NCBI GenBank assembly: GCA_973895155.1
Contig: OZ316898.1
Span: 10,935,187 to 10,999,186, forward strand
Source: Marsupella aquatica
Taxonomy: Eukaryota > Plantae > Marchantiophyta
Direction: 5' to 3'
DNA length: 64,000 bases
The notes under the pieces are model-generated. The model worked only from the letters and a program-made list of their open reading frames with translations. It did no database searches and was not told where the DNA came from. The translations under genes were made by a program, and so were the position numbers. Shown here in pieces: positions 12,060-23,000 of the stretch; the stretch's first letter is position 1, and each line of letters starts with the position of its first letter.

Positions 12060-13380
12060 GACGATTGTTGACACTTGAAACATGTATCACATCTAGCAGG
12101 CGTGCAGAGGTCCAAACAGAGCTGACATTAAGTAGTAACGTTAACGCTTACGAACAGTTCTTTTCCCTGAGCTTCTTAAGCTCATTCAGTACTACGACGT
12201 CAAACGATGAACATGCGTTGCAGATAACCTTGCTCAGTAAATGCGTTAAGTCGTTGCAAATCTTCCTGAAATTAATCAGATTCTCTTCGAGAGTATAAAA
12301 ACTAGCTCACATCCAGGCCACCCAGGTGCTTGACAAACCTGAGACTTCATTAATGTATCATATCTAGCCAGGCGTGCAGAGGTCTTACCCCAACATAGCT
12401 GATAAGAAGAAGCATCAACGCTTACGAACAGTGGTTTATCCTGAGCTTATTCAGTAAAACGACGGCAAATTATGGAAAATGCGTTGCAGAGCCTTGCCCA
12501 GGAATTGCATTAACTCGTTGCCTATCTTTCTGAAATCAGATTCTTTGAGACTGTGAAGACTAGTTCATTTCAAGGTCATCCAGGTGGATGACAAAACTGA
12601 GACTCCAAAACTGTATCATATCTAGCTAGGTGTGCAGAGGTCTTACCCCAACAGAGCTGACAAGAAGAAGTAACGTCAACACTTACGAACAGTCCTTTAT
12701 CCTGAGCATCAACGCTTACGAACAGTGGTTTATCCTGAGCTTATTCAGTAAAACGACGGCAAATTATGGAAATGCGTTGCAGATAGCCTTGCCCAGGAAT
12801 TGCATTAACTCGTTGCCTATCTTTCTGAAATCAGATTCTTTGAGACTGTGAAGACTAGTTCATTTCAAGTCATCCAGGTGTATGACAAAACTGAGACTCC
12901 AAAACCGTATCATATCTAGCTAGGTGTGCAGAGGTCTTACCCCAACAGAGCTGACAAGAAGAAGTAACGTCAACACTTACGAACAGTCCTTTATCCTGAG
13001 CTTTCCTGAGCTCATTCAGTAAAACGACGTCAAATTATGCACATGTGTTGCAGACAACCATGCCGAAATAATGCAGTTATTAACTCGTTGCCAATCTTCA
13101 TGAAATCAGATTCTTCGAGAGTATGAAGACTAGTTCATATCAACGCCACCAAGGTGCATGACAAAACTAAGACTTCAAAACTGTATCATGTGTAGCCAGG
13201 CGTGCAGAGCCCTTACCCCAACGGAGCTGACACTTAGTAGACGCAACGGTTTAGCTTACAAACAGTTCTCTTCTTTGAAGTTTTTCTGAGCTCATTAAGT
13301 AACACGACTTCGAAAGGTGGACATGTGTTGCAGTTAACATTGCCAAGAAGTGCATCAACTTGTCTTCATGCAATCAGACT
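12060..13380. repeat. Diverged tandem array of about 5 copies of a ~260-295-bp unit
   Basis: gtatca..t.tagc..gg.gtgcagag recurs near 12084, 12355, 12613, 12907 and 13183. Confidence 0.9.
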
Positions 13381-14383
13381 CGTTGATAGAGGATTTTTTG
13401 ATTGATGGACCCCAAAATGAAAAGTATTTCTTGATGGACCCTTGAGGTTCCTTGATGTGTAGTTGATTGAAGGTCTATCAAGGGTGCCCAAAATGATCAA
13501 CATTTAAGCTTCATAAGGTCTTCTCTCCTCAGTTCTTTGCAATTGAAGACCATCCCAGGTACAGGAATCTGGGGTTGTACCGTGTGACGTTTGGTCCCTT
13601 AGGTGTCTGTCCTTTGGATGCCCTGTGTATATCTATGAATGAAATTCTATAAAATCCTTCAAGGTAAATATAAATAAAGGCCACCTTGTGTACATGAGAA
13701 GAGTAGGGCTGTCAAAGGCCATCAGGGCTAATTTCATGGGCACAAGACACCCTAATGCAAATGAGCGAATATTCTAAGTATTTTGATGTATACACTGACT
13801 ATTCAGTGTGTGCATTATTTTTAGATTGAAAAACGAGAATAGTAGTTTGACCTCAATTGCTGATTGCTAGAGCTAATCTTACATGCAGGGAACACGAGGT
13901 TGAAGTAGAAAGAACACTTTCAGTTGCTGATCTTAAATGAAAATTGCAGGGAACACGAGGCCACAGTTGAAATGCCGGGAACACGAGGCTACAGCAGAAG
14001 AATGATTTGGTTGTTGAGTTAAGAGATCAGTTTGGACATCTAATTCACGTGGTAGAGCATTCAGCACTGGGGTGACACCGGTCACCGGGAGTGCCCGAGG
14101 AGATGCCAGAGGCAATGATGGTAAACCTCTTCGTTTACTGGCAGCGCTGAAATTATAAAGCACTACAGCAGTAGCTGTCTTTCTGGTGGCGAGTAAATGC
14201 GAGTAACATAATTATTGCCAGAATCCTCCTAAAAATCTGGGTGCTTCTTGGGTGTTCTGACATTGTGACTGGGGAATCTGGGAATATGGGGAAAAAATAT
14301 TATGCAATCCCTATTGTCGATTTTCATCGAATGGCTGTGAAAGATTGTGAACAAATCCTTTATTCACCCAAAACAAGAAAGTA

Positions 14384-15361
14384 CAGTGAACTCTGGATAA
14401 ACGCACACTCCATAAACGCTTACCCTCGAGTACTGCATGCCATCTTGTTCTTCCCTTTTTTTAACACGGGATAAGCAGTTTTTAAGTGTTTTTCTAAGCG
14501 CACATAGGGCTAAAATCATTTTGCTAAAAGACAACTTTCTAAGCACTTACCCTGGATAAGTGATTGAATGCGCTTATATGTAAATGCATAAACTCCAGAA
14601 ATGTTATTTACCTATAAAGGCATGCCCATTATTAGTAGAGTACATAATGCACTTAAGGAGTTTGGGCAAAGAATTAGGGCAGGGATCAAGGTACGAGGCT
14701 GACTAGCTACAGGGTCCATAGCACATGTGAACATTGCTGCGCACTGTAACTTGTGGTACTGTAGCTCGTGAATCATTGGGGTAGTCAAGTGGAATCAACA
14801 TGGAGGAAAGGAAGGTGACAACACTAACTCACAAGCAGAAGAGAGAAATGTGTCGCCACAAGCAAAAGCATCCAGAGCTCACAAACAAAGCTCTAGTTGA
14901 ATGGACTTCAGAAACATTTGGCGCTAAGGTAAATCAAATTACTGTTGGTAGAATCTTGAAGAAATCTTTCTTGTTGCTTTCCAATGTGACTGCAAATGAA
15001 GTCAAACTAAATCGTAGTGCACTTTGCCCAGATCTGGAAGAAAGCTTGTATCGTTGGTTCATCACTGCCCAGGAAGCTCGAGTGACAATTTCTGAGGATT
15101 TGATTGTTGAGATAGCTAAGGGATTGCAAGCCTGACTCTTGGGGAAGGTACTGGCTGTCAAGGATTGCGAGTTTAGCTCTGGTTGGTTGCATGGATTCAA
15201 AACCCTGGATAATTACACATTTAACAAAGCATCCCAAATTAAGCATACTTATCTATTACAGCACTTTTAGCGGGATGTGCGCTTATCAAGTCATGCAACA
15301 CCTGGTTTAGTGCACGCCAGATCTGTCTTCCCGAGAGGGTGTGTTTATCCAGAGTTCACTG
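14384..15361 (+). mobile_element. Non-autonomous pogo/Tigger-like (Tc1/mariner) element
   Basis: TIRs CAGTGAACTCTGGATAAAC at both ends, TA TSD (14382-83, 15362-63), internal CENP-B-type HTH ORF. Confidence 0.9.
14800..15200 (+). pseudogene. Truncated pogo transposase with only the CENP-B/HTH_Tnp_Tc5 DNA-binding region; DDE domain deleted
   Basis: LTHKQKREMC...LEESLYRWF...ISEDLIVEIAK, a stop at 15133, then FSSGWLHGFK. Confidence 0.85.
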
Positions 15362-15434
15362 TATACAATAGAAATTTGTCTAAGTATTATTAGAGCATCT
15401 CCAGCTGTGTCTTTAAGGATAACCAGCTCTACAC

Positions 15435-16302
15435 GAGGTATGTGCTTGATTAGATCCCTACTAAAACAAATTTAATTGGTAGTCACTTATGAAACTTTTG
15501 TTACATACTCCTCCCCCTTAGTGTCAAATGTTCTTGTAAAGTTAGGATAATAAGTTTTAATTTGATATTATCACCAATAAGAGTTACTGTCAAGTTAGAA
15601 TCCATGACAAAACTACATGGTTGGGGGAACCATGGAGTAATGGAGACCATTGTGCAAACTACAAGTTACGGAGTGACAACAATATGGTTCATGTTTTCAG
15701 GTTACAATTTCTACCATACCGACCACCTTTAGATTGCTTCATGCAGCTTATGCACAGGGTTTGCATGATGATTTTTTTATGTTTCTCTTTGTTTTTCTTG
15801 TCTAAGTATGGAATGAATACTCTACTTTTGGTCATTGGCCCCTACTACAATGTTCAGAAAATTTCTAAGCATGGAACGAACCAAGGATCTTTTACATTTG
15901 GCCGTTTGCCCTTGTTGCAACTTTCAAAAATTGTCTAAGTTTGAAACAAAGACAACATGAAGTCAATCCTAGCGGCAAAATTTTGAAACCTGTAAGAATT
16001 GGGCTAAATGTTGTACAAACCCGCTATCATGCGCATAGCAGTGGATCCCCTAAAACTCTATAATCATGTGAAGACATAATCAATATGTCTTCAAGCATAG
16101 AGGCACGCACAATGGATTGCAGTGGGAAATGTATGGTTGCCCATGTAGTCAAACACCACATAAGAACCATGTGTACGGAACCTATGTAGGGGGCCTAGTT
16201 TGTAACAATATATTTTTGTGGGGTGCATAGTTTGTAACAAAATTTTAGTAGGGGCCTATCACTTAAATTTTTTTGGCAAGGGTACCATCAAGCATATACC
16301 TC
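15435..16302. mobile_element. Non-autonomous Mutator-like element (MULE)
   Basis: ~80-bp imperfect TIRs starting GAGGTAT(G/A)TGCTTGAT; flanks agctctacac / aactctaaac match 8/10 (decayed 9-10-bp TSD). Confidence 0.75.
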
Positions 16303-17270
16303 AACTCTAAACCCAAAATTTAGCCCATCATTTGTGAATCAAGAAGCATTGCTTTGGCCTTCCCAGTGATAACTCCATTTGCTCATTCCGCAATCCCATT
16401 TTGAGTGTGATGGTAAGAGCATCTCCACCCGTTCGGGCACTCGTGGCCCCTATCCCAAAAATTTGCCTTGCGTTTATTCACGTCTGAAGGATGCTGGCCC
16501 AAGGCTCTCCTCGCTGATCCCCATCGGCACCCCACAAAATTTGCACGAAAATGTTTGTCGAGTGCGGGAAACTCTCCAAGCGGGAACTCAAGCTTGAGCC
16601 AGATTATGCCCAGTGTACACATTCAATCCGTCGATCCTTCTGGGGTCAAAATGGGGGCACATTCTCTGACCGCCAACGCGTATGAATCTGGCGGTCAGGG
16701 TCTGCAACTTTTCGGTGGGCCGCCATCAGTTTAGGGGTTGCAAGGTCCTGGTGGGACATCCTGCCCGCATATGTGAAATTGCCATATGCCTAAATGGAGG
16801 TTACGGGGCTATTTGCTGGCCCCGGTGGAGATGCTCTAAGGAGCCAAATGTACGACACACACTCCTTCAGCCATGAAGAATTTCTTGAAACCAAGCATGC
16901 AAATTCTAATCCATTGTCCCTGTGTAACTCGGAAATTGGGGTCAAGTATTGATTGTGGACAGTTGCAAAGTATTGTTCACGAGTGGGAACACTTGAAACT
17001 TATTTTGCAGAAAATACACCCAACGATACCCAAAGTAGCCATCGACTGACAAGAAATATCTTTGATTAGCAAGACCAGTAGTAGAGATTGGTCCTACACT
17101 ATCAAAATGCACTTTATGGAACAGATGAGATGCATGAGTATGAGGTTCTCAGCAAACTGTTCGAGAGGACTTAGCTAATGCAAAGCTTCACAGGGTTTCA
17201 ATGGTGTAGAAGCAGCAAGGTTAATGTGCTCTCAACTGAGAAAATGTCTAAGACCATCAACGTGGAGGTG
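16303..17270 (-). mobile_element. Decayed Ty1/Copia retrotransposon, integrase portion (3' part, separated from gag by the giant transposon)
   Basis: Minus-strand translation KVHFDSVGPISTTGLANQRYFLSVDGYFGYRWVYFLQNK; APYHHTQNGIAE* is restored after removing the MITE. Confidence 0.85.
16417..16836. mobile_element. Tourist-like (PIF/Harbinger) MITE, 420 bp, inserted in the Copia integrase
   Basis: 13-bp TIR GAGCATCTCCACC; TAA TSD (16414-16, 16837-39). Confidence 0.92.
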
Positions 17271-17335
17271 AACCCCAATTTAAGGAAAACCGAACTTTGG
17301 AAATTCCAAAAATCACTAAATATTATTATTTTAAT
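17271..17335 (+). repeat. Left TIR of the giant transposon
   Basis: First 17 bp are identical to the reverse complement of the right end; similarity continues through ctaaatattatta. Confidence 0.9.
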
Positions 17336-17537
17336 AAAAAGGGGGCGACATGACGCGTGGCTGCGCGTGAAACCCTGAAAATGACTGCAACGCCACATTT
17401 TAACCAATCCAACTTGACGGGACCAAGAGACATGCTCACGCGAATAATAATAATAGAGAAATAAATCTTTGAGATCCTTTATATATGATAACCAGTATAT
17501 AAGGAGTTTACAAATAGTTTCTAGAACGACATACAAA

Positions 17538-18266
17538 TTAATCTGATCTCATGCCGACTATTATTTTGGAAGCGTCCAAAATTGGGCGTCTATTAAATTG
17601 CTTTACTAGATATCTATCTCCATGCCTCTGAATCACAGGGTCTTCCCATAGAGTATGATTATAATCATAATCTTTAAAAATAGATTTAACTGACCAATCT
17701 GGATAATCTCTTCCATTGGCAATGACAAGCGGCTCACAAGAGTTTGCTAGCTTGCTAAGATACGGAATCAGCAAGTTAATCAGGAAACTGTCGTCGACCG
17801 ACCCAAAATATTTGGGCGGAAATAATGATCCAACAACAGGATCTAAACAAGCATGAAATGCATCGGATTCGATAAGCATTATATTTTGCTGCAGATACGC
17901 CTTCGTATAAATTCCAACCTTCTCAAAATACTTCAAAAATATCCGCTTATTTGATGTCACCCCATCGCATAAGTAACAATGAGACTGATCCCAAATATAC
18001 TTAAATGAGGCCATTTCCATCGCAGTAAAAATAGATGCTAAAATCTGATCTAAAAGGTTCTTCCCAAGAGAGGACCAAATCCCTACATCGAAATTCTCAA
18101 AACAGAATCTCAAGAATTCGTGAAGATGAGGCCTTGGAAAAATGTATATATTCCCAATCCAAATTCCAATTGAGACCGCCATCAATCGGGAATGCGGTGC
18201 AGTGTAACAGAGTAGATGCTCCACGTCTAAAACTATGAGTCCATTTTCTCTGCTGCAATGAATCTC
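17538..18266 (-). CDS. FCP1/SCP/NIF-like HAD phosphatase domain 3 (probably the last exon of the cargo gene)
   Basis: LIVLDVEHLL...PRPHLHEFLRFCFENFDVGIWSS...WDQSHC...FLKYFEKV; acceptor tttctctacag precedes it; the DxDxT motif is degenerate (DVE). Confidence 0.8.
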   Translation of the reverse strand, partial: EIHCSRENGLIVLDVEHLLCYTAPHSRLMAVSIGIWIGNIYIFPRPHLHEFLRFCFENFDVGIWSSLGKNLLDQILASIFTAMEMASFKYIWDQSHCYLCDGVTSNKRIFLKYFEKVGIYTKAYLQQNIMLIESDAFHACLDPVVGSLFPPKYFGSVDDSFLINLLIPYLSKLANSCEPLVIANGRDYPDWSVKSIFKDYDYNHTLWEDPVIQRHGDRYLVKQFNRRPILDASKIIVGMRSD

Positions 18267-18352
18267 CTGTAGAGAAACACAAGAAGATGCATGAGCCCGT
18301 ATGGATGTAGTCACGCAAATGGTCGCGTCACATATTACAGAGAAAACATCCT

Positions 18353-19060
18353 CTACACTCTGGCCATTGATAAGTGACGTCTGTTGAAGTGCTTGATAAG
18401 AACTTGATCCGCATGTCTCTGCACGTACAGATGCTCCCATATATCCTCGTTCAGATCCCAATCTTGATGTAGATTTCTAATCGACCAGATGGGATAATCA
18501 AACTTGTTAGCGAACGCAAGACAAAGCCCTGAATTTGATAGCTTTCGTAAATATGGAATGAGGTCATCCCTCAAAAAGATATCATCCAACGATCCTTGAA
18601 ACGACTTAGCGAACAATAATCCGCATACAGCTGTCTGGCATGTATGGGAAGGACAGGCATCAATCTGGATTATATTCTCTGGTCGATAATCTTGAAACAT
18701 ATCACGTAGTCTCTCGATAGATTTGAAGACAACAGTCTTATAATTTTTCTTCACATAACCAAGATTCCAGCAATGATCCCGCGTGAACACATATATCAGC
18801 TGCGACAGGTCGGTGCTCGACAACACTTCTGAAAGTATCTGATAAACTAGTTTATCGTCGAGAATAGACCAGACCATCACATCAAAATGATCATAACAGA
18901 ATTTTATAAGATCATGAAGATGCGGCCTCGGAACGACACATAGAGATCTGATACGAATTCCGGGTGCCGACTTGAGCTGAGGAGTATATTTTGAAACAGA
19001 GCACAGGAAGTTTTCCAGTCCTAAAACTAGAAGTTGACGCGACCTGCTCCACTTAGACAC
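18353..19060 (-). CDS. FCP1/SCP/NIF-like HAD domain 2 (no catalytic Asp; frameshift at its 3' end)
   Basis: LLVLGLEN...PRPHLHDLIKFCYDHFDVMVWS...VFKSIERL...ENIIQID; acceptor tttatttacag at 19061; clearly paralogous to domain 3. Confidence 0.8.
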   Translation of the reverse strand: MSKWSRSRQLLVLGLENFLCSVSKYTPQLKSAPGIRIRSLCVVPRPHLHDLIKFCYDHFDVMVWSILDDKLVYQILSEVLSSTDLSQLIYVFTRDHCWNLGYVKKNYKTVVFKSIERLRDMFQDYRPENIIQIDACPSHTCQTAVCGLLFAKSFQGSLDDIFLRDDLIPYLRKLSNSGLCLAFANKFDYPIWSIRNLHQDWDLNEDIWEHLYVQRHADQVLIKHFNRRHLSMARV

Positions 19061-19185
19061 CTGTAAATAAACAATTCGATTCTCATATTATGCAATTGCA
19101 AACAACCACGCGACTGGGCGCGTCACTCCCAAAAGTTCAATTTCAATCAATTTATAAATAATAATTGATAATAAACAATAAACGT

Positions 19186-20091
19186 TTACTTATTGGACTT
19201 ATCCCGGGCTTCTATAGCACGGTCTTTTTCGGCAGATAAGTATTTCATAAATTTGTCAAACTTTTCTAAATGGTCTTTATTCCCCTGATTACGAATGATC
19301 ACGTTTCTCCTCCAAAGATTCGTCTTATCAATATAATCTTTCTCAAGATTTTCTTGAGAGAACGTTGGAATCCCATATCCACTAAGGAGCTCGCGGAATG
19401 TCAACTTGTCAATTGACATGTCGCATAGATATGGATATAGTTTCTTTCTAAAAAATAGGTCATCATCGAGCCCAGAATATGCATCGGGATACAACGATGA
19501 ATAGAAGTCATTAAGGCTCGTCTTATATGCAGCGTCATCGATAAGAATGACATTCTCGATGTTGTAATCTTTAATATCGGCGGCAATGTCCGAGAGATAT
19601 TTGACAAATAAAGGGATGTCATTATTATTCTTCCCAATAAGTCGAGTTGATTCTTGTCCCCATATAAATTTAATACGTTTCAAAACTTTGGGTCGAAGTA
19701 TCAGCCTTACACAAGATAGAATATTCCGTTTGAACATGCACGACCAGATCGCAATGTCGTATAGATCTGCCACCTTCTCAAGAAATTCTATTAAATCAAG
19801 CCTTGGATAGATAACCTTGTGCATCTGTCTCACACCCCTTGACCGAATGGGCATCCCAAGGCTGATCTTCTCTGACCAGATAAGTACCCGATTCAGATCA
19901 AAAATTACAAGTCTCTTTTGAACCGGTGACTTCTTTGCCGATGGATTAGGCGCCATCTGTACCTGTGATTTTTGTGCCGCAGGGTTTGGAGAATGTACTA
20001 GAACGGTCTGTTTGTTTCCCGCCTCCGGACGATCACCGGACTTCCGGACTGGTGCCTTCGATACTCGATCAGGGGGTTTCGGGATAGGCTT
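19186..20091 (-). CDS. Exon encoding FCP1/SCP-like HAD domain 1
   Basis: LVIFDLNRVLI...PRLDLIEFL...YDIAIWS...WGQE...FVKYL...NVILIDDAAYK; in-frame acceptor at 20092. Confidence 0.85.
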   Translation of the reverse strand, partial: KPIPKPPDRVSKAPVRKSGDRPEAGNKQTVLVHSPNPAAQKSQVQMAPNPSAKKSPVQKRLVIFDLNRVLIWSEKISLGMPIRSRGVRQMHKVIYPRLDLIEFLEKVADLYDIAIWSCMFKRNILSCVRLILRPKVLKRIKFIWGQESTRLIGKNNNDIPLFVKYLSDIAADIKDYNIENVILIDDAAYKTSLNDFYSSLYPDAYSGLDDDLFFRKKLYPYLCDMSIDKLTFRELLSGYGIPTFSQENLEKDYIDKTNLWRRNVIIRNQGNKDHLEKFDKFMKYLSAEKDRAIEARDKSNK

Positions 20092-23000
20092 CTGTAAAAC
20101 ATTAAGAAATGAAAATAAGTTTATAACGCGAACGGTCGCGTGACTACAAAGAGAGACACTGAAATGAAGTGTATTACCTGTACAAGACGGTCGTTCAGTG
20201 TTGGAATTCCGCCGGAAATGTCAATCATAGCAGCACGGATCCCGGTAACTAGGTTACTTGCGGACATCGACTTGCTGAAGTCCATGTCAAATAACGACAA
20301 GACTATCTCCCTATGGAATTTCTCAATTTGATCCGCGGCAAAATTAATTCCGTTTCCTTGACACAAGCACTTGGCGTATCTCAAGATAAACACACCACAA
20401 TTGTGGCCGTCACTCTGGTGAGGAATATCATTCCGATATATCCGTTCCCAACCTGAGAGATCCAAGTTGACACCACTTCTCCAGCCAATTTCGTCGGCGT
20501 AGTACTTCCCAACAATATCTAGCACCCCAGGATTTTGTCGATTATGAACTAGAGAATCTAGGTACTCCAGCCGTTTCTCCTTCGGATACAAGACTACCAA
20601 TGACCAATGTTCTTTCACAGCATTGTGTACTGGAAAGACCAGTTTCTCGTATTCACTGATTTTTAGCGGAAACTCCTTTGTCCAAGCTGCTCTCTCCTCG
20701 TCAAAAATGGTAGGATCCATGGAGAGAAGCTCAAAATGGTGTGTTTGGAAGAATTTGACAAGGTCTGACTTTCCAACTCTATCGAGAATCAGTTCGAGAA
20801 AACTCAAATAAGCGTTAATTATATCATCGGTGAGCAACTCGCGCGGTCTCAAACACATCATATGTTTCCTCTTGATCGAGTGTTGTAAGAACTTGGTCAA
20901 TAGCTCTTCCATATCCTTAGAAGGATCAAGGCATTGATCTATTCGACTAGCCAAATTTTCAAAAAACTGCAAAAAACAGAGATTTCAGAACGCCTTCAAA
21001 TAACGTACTGAGGTTGTAGCCTAAGGGTTGTAGCCTCAGAAAACAGAAATAATAACAGATCAATAATAAAATAATGACGTCTATAATAGAAACTTTAAGC
21101 TTATAGCTTGCGAATGACCTTTGGATTGGGTGGATCCGGCCTTTTCGCAGCTGATCTCTTGGGTGCCTCAATCGCAACAACATCCTTCAGCCCTCCTCGA
21201 GACCGCAGTGATCGCTCCACCGGACCAGTTTGCGAAGGTTGGAGCGATGAGGCGGGAAGACCTTCAAATGGTTGTGGCATTTGATTCAAATATTCCACAA
21301 TCTGGGAATCCGATTCCAAAATATCCGGTGCCACAATTTCTGCGCGAGTCACCTCTGCAATATATCGGGGTCGAGACCACGAACCCGGTCGCGTCAAGTC
21401 AGCTGTTAGTCTCTTAACGACTTGAGCCGAGTCTGGTGCCAAAAACGTTCCCAGGTCTTGCACTCGATTCTCGGAAAAGCGGACATTATTGATGATTGTC
21501 TCCATTCTGGATGCAGTGGCAGTCTTCTCCTCGGTAATCAAAAGACCCTTCCAATATTGCAAAGCAAGGACTGCCTGGACTCGGAGCTGCTCCGGTGAAT
21601 ATTTATTCCAATCATCCAACGACACCGTACTTAAGGGTGGATCGTTAAATTCAAACTCCGGGCGAAGAAAATAGTCTAATATTTTCTTCTTAACTGCAAC
21701 TGAGGGTGAAGAAGGCTTCTTCAAATTCAGCCTTATTTTCGGTAGACGTTGTGCCTCAGGAATAAGCGAAAGATCCTTGGCCCTCTCGGCCTCCTTCCTC
21801 GCTGCCTCCAGTCTTGCGGCTTCTTCTCTCTCCAGTCTTGCGGAATCCACCTTTTCTGCCTCCAACTTCTTCGCCTCCACCCTCTCCGGTCTTGCGGTCT
21901 CGTCCGCCATCCTCTCGGCCAGAAGCCTCTCAGCCGCCTCACTCTCCGCCTTGGCCCTATTTTCCTCTGTCACTAAAAGGACTCTCGCAGCCTCCGCTTT
22001 CTCAGCCTGGGCTTTCTCCGCCTGGGCTTTCTCAGCCTGGGCTTTCTCCGCATGGGCTTTCTCAGCCTGGGCTTTCTCAGCCTGGGCTTTCTCGGCCTCC
22101 GCTTTCTCAGCCTGGGCTTTCTCGGCCTCCGCTTTCTCAGCCTGGGCTTTCTCGGCCTCCGCTTTCTCAGCCTGGGCTTTCTCGGCCTCCGCTTTCTCAG
22201 CCTGGGCTTTCTCGGCATCCGCTTTCTCCGCCTGGGCTTTCTCGGCCTCCGCTTTCTCAGCCTCGGCTTTCTCCTTCTTCTTCGCGGCAGTTGCTTTTCT
22301 AGCTGCTGCCTTTTTCTTCTTAACCTCCTTCTTTTGAAGCTGCTCTTGCCGGGCCGCCTCTTGTCGGGCCGCCTTCTCCTGCCGGGCCGCCTCCTTCTTT
22401 TGAAGCTCCTCTTGCCGGGCCGCCTCCTGCCGGGCCGCTTCCTTCTTTTGAAGCTCCTCTTGCCGGGCCGCCTCCTGCCGGGCCTCCTCCAGCCTGGCCT
22501 CCTCCTGCCGGGCCGCCTCGTGCTGGGCCGCCTCGTGCCGGGCCGCCTCCTCTCTGGCCTCCTCCTTCCGGGCCGCCTCCTCTTGGTCCACCTCATGTCG
22601 AGGCTCCTGTGTGGCCTCTTCATCAGAGTCCTCAGCGTCCTCAGAACCCTCCATCTCCTCGTCCTCTTCATCAGCGTCCTCAGCGTCCTTCATCTCCTCT
22701 CTGTCACTCTCTTCATCTCCTCTATTGTCGGAATCTCCGACGTCGTTCTGCGTATCGGTCATCCACTCTGGATCTTGGTCATTGACATCCCCATCCATGT
22801 CACCTTCCGCGTCACCTTCCCCCTCACCATCCGCATCACCATTGCTCCCTGCATCCTCAACATTGAAGCCGCAGTCGACTTGATCTGAATAAAATCAGAT
22901 CATTTGATAAGAATGACTCACGCGTGAAAAGAAATGTTATGAATGTCCACGCGCATGTTCGCATGACGCAATAAAAAGTAAGAGGTTTCAAAAGTAACTT

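Noticed and set aside
15390-15403. Orphan Harbinger-like end TTA|GAGCATCTCCA
   Set aside because: No dedicated partner end with a matching TSD was found; the 16836 end already pairs with 16417.
15505-15520. Possible Copia polypurine tract and 3' LTR
   Set aside because: It lies inside the MULE TIR, and the adjacent sequence does not match the 5' LTR at 40399 onward.
21749-22888. Long alternative-frame and antisense ORFs (SAWAF, LGFL, RRRP repeats)
   Set aside because: Shadows of the stop-free 15-bp coding repeats in cargo exon 4.
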